Below are positions 30,841 through 41,499 of a stretch of DNA of 64,000 nucleotides, one piece after another. The DNA lies in the NCBI GenBank assembly GCA_040285825.1, contig JAUPSS010000010.1, positions 618,881-682,880 on the forward strand. The letters run 5' to 3'. Each line of letters begins with the position of its first letter. Within the stretch, counting starts at the first letter, position 1. The notes below the pieces were generated by a model. That model made no database searches. It saw nothing but the letters and a program-made list of their open reading frames with translations, and had not been told where the DNA came from. The stretch is from Eukaryota sp. TZLM1-RC (lineage: Eukaryota > Protista > Metamonada: BaSk clade). The translations under genes were made by a program, and so were the position numbers.

Positions 30841-31334
30841 AGAGGATGGAAGTTTTGCGATGATAAATTTTAAATTTCCAATTTCTTGAGTTCAACAGCA
30901 AGGTCCCTCCGCCATTTAGATGGTCAATCGTTCAATGATCCTTATCGTTCGTCAAGAAGGACATTCAATTTTAGTGATATACAAAGCAATTTGGCTAGAT
31001 CAAAGTCTTTGTTTGATTCAGTACTGTAAATATCGTAATAATTCGGTTGACTGTACATGATAAACTTGCCCATTTTATTTGATTTTTTCATTTGAGTTGA
31101 TTTGCCATTTTAAGACTTTATGAATCATCTCCACCTTTTTAAATATTAAACTTTTATCCAAAAGTAGTGATAATGTTTAGAGGATTATATTCATCAAATA
31201 ATGCACGTATTCAAATAGAAATCGAAGTATAATGTTATTTGATTCTCAAATTAATCAGGTCTCGTGCAGCCCTGTTGACCATTGCTGCTGTTGTGACCAT
31301 GTTCAAATTCTGAAACAAAAATATACAGTATACA

Positions 31335-31612
31335 CTTTTGTCGATGTAATGTCTGGTGATCCTTGCAATGCCGCAAATGAAAGGCTTGTTAATTATGAAA
31401 TTCATAATCCTCTTTCAAATGCTGAAAATTTCAAAATCAAAAAATACTTGTCCAAATTGTTTAGTCAACAGCATGCAAAGTTCAATTTGTATCCACTTGC
31501 ATTTTCTCTTTTTGGTTCACTTGCTCCAACGGCTATACGTTTTTTGGCAGATGTTGAATTGATTGTAAAGAGAAGATCTAACAGAAATTTCAACAAATTG
31601 TATTGGCAAAAT
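31335..31612 (+). mobile_element. Family C-related RLE fragment
   Basis: DVMSGDPCNAANERLVN..PLSNAENFK..YWQN. Confidence 0.8.
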
Positions 31613-31689
31613 AAAGTAAAAAGACAAAAAAAACTGAAGACCAACAGAAATCAAAATAGAACCTAAAGATCGCCTCGGCCAAAATCCAC

Positions 31690-32060
31690 TAGGCGTTTCT
31701 TTCTTCGTTCTTAATCCCTTATCTGACCACCCCCTTCTTCTCCATACTGGCGACCTGGTTCAAAACCAATATCAAAATCTGATCGGATTTCCCTTTCATC
31801 TAGTATTGTTCTATTGATATACCTCATGGCAATCTCGGTCGATACACGGGTATAGTATTTAACGAAGCAAGAACCGCATGGTTTGAGTGATTTCTTGTTG
31901 AGTCCCATAATGATACGTTTGATACGACCAGCACGAGAGAAAAGAGCATGAATCTGCTCCTCTGGTGTGTAAACAGAAAGATTTCCCATAAAGAGTGGTA
32001 CTAGCTGCAAGCAAAGATTCTATCTCTTCCTTGGTTTTATCAGTCTGACCTAATCTATAG
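31690..32060 (-). pseudogene. NCBP2: Nuclear cap-binding protein CBP20 (NCBP2) copy, probably a pseudogene
   Basis: [23 protein letters not shown]...PCG.CFV.YY..GRQYG..GGQIRD. Frameshift in STTLY(V)GN, altered RNP1, and a stop immediately after GGQIRD. Confidence 0.75.
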
Positions 32061-32457
32061 TAGTACTTGTGTTTGAAAATCTCCGACCCAACGGCCGACT
32101 TATGTTGAGATTTGTGGTGTCAGAAGGCATGACCATAGTGTTATTTGTAGGGAGAAGGTTCTTAGTACAGTAAGTGATGAAATGTTGTAAGCGATGAAAT
32201 GAAATTGAATTACGAATTTGGGGAATGATGACAACCCAACCAAACTCCACTCACCAACTTTTGTAACATGTAGTTCTTGTCTGAAGAAAGGAAAATATTC
32301 GGAAAGTAATCTTGAACGATATGTATCATTAATAAACACTTGTCACTAACTTTACTTTGAATTGACAACTATAAGATTGATTGACTTCAACAAATTTTCA
32401 ATTCTAAGAAACAAATTCTCAATCATTTCTGACTGTTTCCGTTCTGTGATGACTGCC

Positions 32458-34307
32458 ATGGATAACGTTCTACAAATTACAACTGTTGGAGCGTCTGTCA
32501 ACCAGTTCTTCGACTCAGAGGCTCAAGAAGCTATGGAACGCCAGTTCCAAGTTCTTGCTAGTATTGGAGCTCATGCCATTCACCTAGCACGACTCTTTGT
32601 GCTCCAATATACCAGAACACTCTATGTGGCTTACTCAAAGCGAGTTTTGGAGCCCCTTTTTCGACCTTGTTTGCCAAAGTGAGCCGAAACAAAGGAGGCC
32701 ATTTGAGAACCATCCTTTGGCTTACCAAGCGCTGCAACACCTTGTTCAACACTTTTGGCCCTGGCGACCGCTGAATGAAACCACCTTAGCCGACAGTGGT
32801 AGATTTTGGTGTCTCTCCACTCTCCTTGGCAATCGAGCCATCCAACTGCGAGAAGCCTTTTGTCAGTTGCTTGCTGACGGTCCTGTTGTCTGAAAACGCA
32901 ATTTTTTCAAGAGCTGTGCTCAGTTTCTAAATTGCCCCTGGTCCAAGAAGTACGCCGACTGTGTACTTCAAGGGATTCAGCCAGATGAGTCAATTTTACA
33001 ATGGTATCAAGAAATACACCAGCATATTTTAGTCCATTGGCTCAATATGACAGCCAACGCCTATATTGGTGGTGGTGAAAATTTGTTCGAAAATTCAACA
33101 AGAAACGAACGATTTCCCATCAATATGGAGTCTGCGGCAACAATCGTTCAATCTGGCTTGAACATTTTATTTTTTTAGATGATAACTGCCCTGATGTGAT
33201 GAAAAGGTACTCTCTCTCCAGTTGGTCTCCGTGCTTCTGCAGCTTGACTAAAGAGCAAAAGCTTATTTCACAAAACTAAATGCAAACAAAGAGCTTCTGA
33301 ACAACCCTTATCGGTTTTTTAATAAATCCAAATTTATTAACTATACCCTTTTTTTAAATGGTGATTCCTTGCGGTTTACGTTTACCCAAAAGGAAAGAAA
33401 AACTTATAATAGGCCAACTGAAGCGGAATTTGAGCCCAGGCGAGCCTCTGGAAATTATGATTTTCATAACTTTGAAAGGAAACAAAAATTCAATATCCAT
33501 ATAACAGCAAATCCACATAGAAGACCGCGGTTACCAGTGGAACAACAGCCCAATTACACAGATCTGGATGTTTTTTGTAGCCATTAATCCCAACCACAGC
33601 AATCTTTGTGGTTGGACTGCTGGTTCGTTCCGAAATTCTGCACCTGTTTTTGAACGTTCTGGGCTGCTACTGAATCCAATAGAACGAAGACTAAATCACC
33701 CTCCTCCTCTGACTCAAGCAACTCCTACACTTATTCCTCTCAGAGCTTCCAAGAGTATCTGATTGAAATAAGTTTACCTTATGTTCCTGAATCTGAGGAA
33801 GAGCCTGAATATGCTTCAATTATGTCTGGAAATTTGCAGCGTGGTGCAAGAAAAAAGTTGAGAAGAAATCAATTTGATTTCTTCATACGAAGGCAAAAGA
33901 GAATAAATAGTTTTATTAACAAAATTAAACGCTTGTCTGAAGGAAGAAACACTATAGTTTGGTTCGGCAATGGCGGTGGTGGTCCATCTCGTCAATCTGT
34001 GAAATCCCCCCAAAAGAGATTTCTCAAACAAATCAAAAAACACTTTGAAAGCGTCAAGGTCGGGGACGAGTTTATGACCTCAGCAAAAATGAATTGCTGT
34101 AAGGTCTTTCATAGAAAGATCTATCATGATGACGGAAGGGTAAATAACGCTAAGTTCGATTGCCCTCGATGTCAGACCAACTGGTCTAGGGACATCTCAG
34201 CCTCCAGAAACCAGCTGGAGATTGCAATTAGTGAGTATTTCACTGGTACTAGGCCAGAACCATTCGAAAGGCCAAGGCGTGTGAGACGTCTAAGAAGACA
34301 GCAGTAG
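32458..34307 (+). pseudogene. Fanzor (TnpB-like) copy Fz-a1, frameshifted; homologue of 57949-59867
   Basis: C-terminal IVWFGNG, GDEFMTS..CC, CPRC..WSRDISASRN, RPEPF; N-terminal MERQF..LFVLQY..RRPFENH shared with Fz-a2. Confidence 0.8.
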
Positions 34308-34730
34308 CTGTTTTAATCAACGTATTTCCAAGGTGTTTAGTGCATACTATCCTTGGTGCTGAAAAGTTTACACAATTATTAGGGATATTTATTCAATATT
34401 CACTTTGTGTGAAATTCTCAGAGTTTTCTCCCATTAGTTTTGATTTTATTTTTCTAAGTGCTGCAGTTCATTACAAGTTGAATTTTTGTTGAAAGTTACT
34501 CACAAGAAAGCACTATAATAGAAACAAGATGACACTCCCTAACAAGTTTGCAATGGTTAAAGCCAGAATGAGTGGCAATGATAATGCCCAACTTTTGAGT
34601 AGTAGTATTTGTAACGGAAAATATTGTGATAAACCCCATCACAATAGTATGGCCAACTTCAAATTGACTGCATTGCACACCATATTTATTAAGATAGTTT
34701 TTGAAAAAAAAATTGTATTGATAACTTTAT

Positions 34731-34947
34731 AATAAATCAACATCTAAATAATCCATCTCTCCTAAAACAAAACCATAGATGCAAATCTCTTATAGTGAGA
34801 TCCAAGAGAAAGCAAAGTATCAGAAACCATCTTCAACATCCCCTTAAAAATAGAAAACACAATTCTATTTTGCCAAAACAATCTGTTGCAATTTGAGTTA
34901 GTTCTTCTTACAATCATTTCAATATCTGCCAAAAAACAATAGCCGTT
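34731..34947 (-). mobile_element. Family C-related 3' end fragment
   Basis: Reverse complement encodes LFWQNRIVFSIFKGMLKMVSD...GEMDYLDVDL. Confidence 0.8.
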
Positions 34948-35189
34948 GTAGTTTTTGTAACTGAAGATATTGTGATGAACCCCATCACAATAGTTTGGCC
35001 AACTTCAAATTGATTGCCGACTACTCAAATGGGACTGCGGGACTTGCTGTCGATCTACAAGAAAGATTGTTGCAATATCTGTTTCTCATATTTTTACTCG
35101 AGAACAGATTGAATTAAATCTTCGTTTTTGTGACCTTGTAAGAAGTCAACAAGCAGAAATGAACACTAATGTAAAGTTAATGATGAAAA

Positions 35190-35690
35190 TATCATTTTAT
35201 ATCATTATTCCTTTGAAAAACAATTGCTAAGTTCATTTAAAAAATTATTAGAAATTTATAATCCTCATATAATATGTGGTTTCAATATTTTCAAATTTGA
35301 CTTCCCACATATTATGAAACGTTCTGAAAATGAGTAATTTTTTAAGGGTGAAATCGATTCTAGTGAATGGGTTCAATACTATAACTCAAATTTAATAGAA
35401 TTGAATCACAAACACTTGAACCCCTTAATTGCTGGTCGATTTGTTGTTGATACTTGTAGTATTTACACAAATTATTACCAACTACACAAACTAAAAACAG
35501 TTTGTAAAATTATATTAGGGAAAGTAAAATTGACCTTGATCGACAGTATTTTGCAAAGTAGTATAACGTTCAAGAAGATGGTCCCTTCTCAGATTTTTCC
35601 CTATTCCAAAGAAGAATTGCAGTTGCAGTTCATTGTTTGAAGGATACAGATTTAACCATGAAATTATTGAATTTCTTCAACAATGACCAA
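35190..35690 (+). pseudogene. Family B DNA polymerase 3'-5' exonuclease domain remnant
   Basis: EKQLLSSF..LEIYNPHIICGFNIFKFDFPHIMKR (ExoII), GRFVVD..HKLKTVCKIILG, and HCLKDTDLTMKL (ExoIII-like YC.KD..L); contains stops and frameshifts. Confidence 0.75.
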
Positions 35691-38216
35691 TTCATGGAAA
35701 CTGTTAAACATAAACCTTATAATGGTTATAAGGACATTCTAAAAAATGTCATCAGAGATTCGAAAATGCTTGACGTGATCGATGAGGCAGTGATTAGGTG
35801 TCAGGAAATTTCTATTGTCGGTTTAAAATTCATTTGTAGTTATTATTTGCATCTTTTTGACTTAAACCCTAATGATATTTTACCAAAAAAATGAAGGGCA
35901 ATTTTTTCGTGACGCTTTTCTTGTGGTCACGTCTCAAAGTGAGGAGGAAAGTTCCCTAAACGCAAAGACAAAAACAGCTTTGCAAAATCTCGTTGTGTGC
36001 CAATGTTGGAGTTCTATCACCAACACTTTAAAGAAAAACTTGTTTGAAAGGTTTTTCAAAAAAAATTAGTAATATTTTTTATTACACAATTGACAAACTG
36101 ATTGTGAATTTCAAAAATAACATCCAAGAGCACTACTTCAATTACTTAAATCGGTTTGTTGATGTTCTCTATAATGTTAAGAGAAAGAACAATGTTGTGA
36201 AAAAGCAAGATAAGAATAACTTCTCATCATTCATAAGCAAAGTTAAATCTCTCCTTCTCAAAGGATGTAGAGATATTGATGGCGGAACTTCTGCAATGAG
36301 AAACAAAGTCTCATCAATTACTTCGCTTTTCGTTAATGACCGGATCCCTTTTTTACTTCCCAGTAATTCCAAAAGAAAATTTTTTTAAAATTTCATTTTT
36401 CGTCAATCAAATTACTATTTCAATGTTTTATATTAATAATTATTTGGAAAATGAGGAGAGCAAACTCTTTCATGCTCTGCCTTTGAAGAATTCCTGTATT
36501 CCCTCGGATTTCAGAATTGACAAGACAAGTTTATTGGACCTGTTCTCTGTCGAATTCAAGGACGTTCTTGGTCAAAAGTCCTCCTACATATGCAACAATC
36601 AAGCTGCTGATTTGGTTTTATGGAATACCTTTTTGAAAATGGATAAGATTAAAACACTAAACTTTATTCAAAAAGTTCCAAGTACATCATGTCTAGTATC
36701 GAGACTGATGGAATAGCGGTATCATTCATTCAATCTAGAATTGACCTGAAAAAATACAAAATAACTGCAAGAGAATTGAATGATAAAGAAAAATATATGG
36801 ATGATCCCAGCATCAATCCTTCGGAATTTCAAGATGAGACCCTTGCTGCTGCTGATCCAGGGAAATCTGATCTACTCTATTTTTCTGTCAATTTAGCTAC
36901 TGGAATGACTCATTCAAAAAAACCTGAGAGAGATAAATATGTTCATTTCAGGTACACTCAAAATCAACGAATATTTGAGTCGAAAAGTTCCAAATTCAAA
37001 AGAATAAGAGACATCATACGGAATGACACTCTTATCACAATAAGTAACTCTATTGGTAGAGTGATTGATCTATCCAATTATGAACCATCTGAAGAGCAAC
37101 AACAAAGGATGGATTTAAACAGCAGTATAATTAATCAAATGACTGAAAAAACAATTAGTTTATTAAGAGGTGAAGTACCTCAAGAAATCAATATTCCCCA
37201 CGAAATTGATTACTCATTAAATTTGAGTAACACTGAACAAAAAACTAAATAGCATTAAATAACTAAATAGTAGCAGAATGGGAAGCAACTTTATCCCAAT
37301 TCAATTCCAAAAGCTGCAGGTTTGATAGATTCATGGTATATATCAAACAAAACAATTTTGTGAATAGTATTGTAAGCGAAGTCCAAAATATGGTGCAAGA
37401 AAAGACAATGAAAAGATTTGATATTTTTTTATGGCGTTCACGGATTCAATTTGCCATTATTAATAGATTACCTCGGTTTTTCAATCGAATAAGAGAAGCT
37501 TTAGCTAGACAGCAAGCAGATCAAGATTTTGTAGAGGAAATCTTGGTTCAATGGTAGTCGTCCCATTAGTTATGAGTTAATTTTTATTAAGTGTGCAAAT
37601 TCAATAAATAAAATACACTATAGGCGAAGTCTATCATCAAAAAATATTTAGGAAACTAAGATGGTGGGCTGAGATTAATCGCACAAGATCTGAGGCGAAG
37701 ATGATCCAGAGATTCAAATCAGTAATTGGTGATCCAGGCCAAGTAGTTATTGGAATCGGAGACTGGGAACAACGAAAAAACATAAAATTCAAAGAACCTA
37801 CCAGAGGAAAAGGTTTGAGAATTCTATTTAAAAGGCTGGTTATAAGGTCTTTTTGATTGATGAGTTTCGAACCAGTTACTGTTGTTTCAATTGTAAGAAA
37901 GCGGAGAAAATAGTTGAAACACTCCGATGGTGCAGAAATCCTAGGCCATGGAAGAGGCATGAGATGTCTATTCATCACGGGCTTACTATGTGTAAATCAT
38001 GCAAAAGTTTGTGGAATAGAGATCGAAAAGCTTCGCTGAATTTAATTAAATTAATTTAAATTACATTTTTTGTTGGCAGTGATGGAAGCACATGTAAAGG
38101 GTGGAGATAGACTGGTATACCTACAGAGAGCCAAGGTTAATGACGGTTCAAAGAAAAAGGCATTAAGGAGAAAATCTTCCACTTCTCAAAAACTCAGTCC
38201 CTCTACATCGGGGTAA
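35690..38216 (+). pseudogene. Fanzor1-type nuclease gene (Fz-b), disrupted, RuvC D/E/D motifs retained
   Basis: IETDGIAVS; AAADPGKSDLLY (RuvC-I); LSQFNSK..FRKL; IGDWEQ..KEPTRGKG; LIDEFRTSYCCFNC (RuvC-II); NPRPW..HGLTMCKSC..WNRDRKASLN (RuvC-III). Confidence 0.87.
37383..37611 (+). mobile_element. 5'-truncated RLE retrotransposon 3' end inserted into Fz-b; related fragment at ~46320-46420
   Basis: FLWRSRIQFAI..EEILVQW* plus an AATAAATAAAA tail interrupts the Fanzor frame between NFVNSI and GEVYHQKIFRKL; GCGAAGTC occurs near both junctions. Confidence 0.7.
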
Positions 38217-38292
38217 AAAGGACACTTATTCCATTGTTATAGACATCATCTGTAACTAATGGTATTATGATTTTATGCTCAACAACAACGTC

Positions 38293-38907
38293 CTAGCTTC
38301 TTCCAATGCCTCTTCCAGTCTCCACACTCTTTCCGATAACTATACTGGGTGTTTCACGTTCTCTTCTATGCCTTGTCACTTCTCCTTCCCACTCTCTTGT
38401 TGAAATGCTACTTTTTGGCACTGAAGCGATCATCAATGAAGCCCGTCTCAATTCCTGATCCATTTCCCTCGTGTGTTCAACTTCTTCTGTGAAATGTCCA
38501 AGTTCTGTGATGCTCCCTCTTCGCTCTCTAAAACCCCTGTATGTTTTCCGAGGTTCCTCTGCCTCGTCAAGTTCCATGTCTTCTTCCTCATATTCTTCTG
38601 GATGTTCCTTTTCCTGCTCCATTAGCTGTAGCAGCTTTGATCGTTCTTCTTTCAGTGCCTGAATATCACCTCTCAATGTATTTAACTTATTTGAACTCCT
38701 TTCAGCTTGGGTACTTCCTGGTTCTAGTCCCCTTTGTGCTTTCAATTCAGCATCCATTTGTAGGTCAAGATGGTCTATTTTTGCTTCCAGTTTTTCAAGA
38801 ACCAGCTCAGCATCTGGGCCTTTAAAATGTTCTGGTCTCGGGGAGGGTTCAAAGTAGGAGCGTTGCATTAGTAGGGGGAATTGTTGAATGATGATGGTTG
38901 TTATCAA
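38293..38907 (-). CDS. Hypothetical coiled-coil/acidic protein (~190-204 aa)
   Basis: Long open frame, relatively GC-rich, E/K/R-rich; no family recognised. Confidence 0.55.
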   Translation of the reverse strand: MITTIIIQQFPLLMQRSYFEPSPRPEHFKGPDAELVLEKLEAKIDHLDLQMDAELKAQRGLEPGSTQAERSSNKLNTLRGDIQALKEERSKLLQLMEQEKEHPEEYEEEDMELDEAEEPRKTYRGFRERRGSITELGHFTEEVEHTREMDQELRRASLMIASVPKSSISTREWEGEVTRHRRERETPSIVIGKSVETGRGIGRS

Positions 38908-39186
38908 CCATCAAAGTAGGTATCTTGAATAAATTTTTCTATAATGTTTTGTTTTGTTGGATAAACAGAGTGGAATCTAAAAATGATTTGACATGGGGTA
39001 TTTTATATATGCAGACGTAACTTTCAATTTTGAATGAACTATTGTTATCTTCAATATCAACTTGATATATTCGTTCTGTTATTTCAACAAAATAGACTAG
39101 GCTATAACAAAGTTTTGAGTAAACATCAGAGACCTCACAGAGGTCAACAAAGTAAAAGAAATTGTTTGACTCAACAATCAACCCAA

Positions 39187-40711
39187 TCAAAAAGATCTAG
39201 AGTTTTTGAAAAAAACGTAAGGTGTACTCACCCCAAGACTGATTGAGACTGCAATTTGTAGTACACTCAACATTGACTCACCAACGGAAATAAACTCATC
39301 TTCAAAGCCCTCAACAAACCCCATCACTGCTAGGTTTCCTGGTACGAGAAATGAAATACCTGCTATAATTAATACAATCACTGGAATGTGAAACAAATAG
39401 TTATACAACATGGCGAGACAACCTACCACGAACGCTGAGATCAAAACAGAAAACTCTGCTGTGGCTAGACGAGCTACTCGTTCAATGTAGAACGCCGCCA
39501 TTGATGTGATAAGAAACGCTGGAAGATGAATAACCTCTAAGTTATACAGAATGGCAAAGGCTAACGCCATTACCGGAACACTGACTAAAGTGAACTCGAA
39601 AGAGAATGCTGGACCGTCAAAGAAGTTTGGGGGTTCAATCTGATTCACACCAACCGCCTTTAAACCTGCTTTAATGCCTGAAGCAATTAGAACAACCACT
39701 AGAATTGAGAATAGAAGACGACTCAATCCCATTTCATAATGATAGTTATATACTTCCAATACGCCTGCTGTGATGGAGATTCCTGGTAATAGCCACACAA
39801 CACCACTCTACAATGAGGAGAAACGATTTACATAACTACAAGAGCTTCTTCAATTGATATTTGAAGAAAAAATGCAAACGTTGCTGTTAAAATAGCCGAG
39901 ATAAAAGGTACGACAAATTCATACACTTTCAGTGGTCTCAACCATAAGGATGAGCGTTCACTCAAAAGTAAACACAACTGAACGAATGCTCCCAAAAACG
40001 CCGCAATTGAAGCATCAACCCAAGTTGTTTGAGGAAAAAGAGTCACCATTGCTGAACTCGCCACAGATCCAAAAACTATGTACACCCATGATGGGTATAC
40101 AAGAGACGGAGAAGCCAACAGCGTGAAAAGACGATGATAACAATCCTCTATTGTAACATTCCCATATATTATATCCAGTACCAAATAGGAGTATCGGCAG
40201 TGTGCACTCAAGTTGAACGGCCCTGGTAGTACATGTGGTAGCTGAACTACATAGTGGGTGGTCAGAGTCTGCCGTCTTTTCTCCCCTTTGATGTTAATAT
40301 CCTACTTGTAAGTAAACGTCATATTTGTCCACATACAACGTTGGTTGGTTTTGAAGAGATGTATAATTCTAGACCAAACCTGTCTGCCAGCTTAGTCAAC
40401 AACACCTCTGAGGAATAAACAGGAAAACCTATTCTAAATAACGCAAATGTTATCCTCAGAATTAGATCAACCTCTATTTTATAAGAAGCGGGTACCGCTG
40501 CTACCTCACTAATGGAAAGGTCAGTTACGAGTGCATCAACCCTATCATATATGCTCTCATATCGTTCTTTTAGCCCATGTTCATCCTCCTTGGCAATTCC
40601 TTTCTCTGATGACGGTTGAAGAGCAGCTTGTAAGGACATGGCGTGTTTCAAACTATCTGCGAGGTTTTCAAGCTTCTTTTGTATTGTACAAATTGGAGTT
40701 ATTTGACCCAT
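39187..40711 (-). CDS. ThrE / DUF1212-type (PRM10-like) multi-pass exporter, three exons (introns 40302-40336 and ~39808-39839)
   Basis: About 10 hydrophobic segments, LLPGISITAG..E and FLVPG motifs; removing the two GT-AG introns joins the three ORFs in frame. Confidence 0.8.
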
Positions 40712-41499
40712 CGTATTTGACCCGAAATGACATCCCAGTTTTTTCTGTTATCAAATTGTTGTTGTGTATTTTGATGGTGCCGATTTTATTTTCCATTAAA
40801 AAATGCAGATAATTAACAAGAATTAATTAATAATTAGTGATGCTCTGTCATCTTTTTCAAAGTACAATATTCTCTATCAAATATCTCCACACTCCCATAA
40901 AACTGCGTAAGCGACAAAGAAAACAATTATTGGCTCTTCATGATTTTGAAACAATTCAAGTAGAATAGTTTGAGTAATAAATAACTTCTTCCATTTTTAA
41001 CTTTAACCATTTCGTCAATATTAACATATATTTCTTAGATTACTGTTTGAGCACGCTAGTCAGGAGTAAGATTCCTCAGACCACTTTTGACAATATTCAC
41101 GAAGGTGAGATTCAACAGTTGTTGAGTTTCAGGTTTGAGAAGACTGTCAATTGTCTACTACACAAAATAAGTGTCATCAACACAACATCAAGTAATTCTT
41201 CGTGTTTTGAAGAACAAACATTGCCAAATGCACACGACAATATTAATTTTCATTCAAGAACTAGGCATTCTTTACCCTTTTCTCATTAAATCAGCTCATG
41301 TTTAGCTCTTTTATAGGGCAAGCCTGAAGCATTAGGCACTAATCTATTATTAACACCACAAAACTAAAAATTGTTACATAAGTGATATGTATTATTATTT
41401 CTGAAATTATGTACGCCTTCAATAAATGGTGTCAATATTTCGTTCAATGGTTTAGACCCAGGTTCCCCTTTAATATGTAATTACAAAAAACCACAGAAC

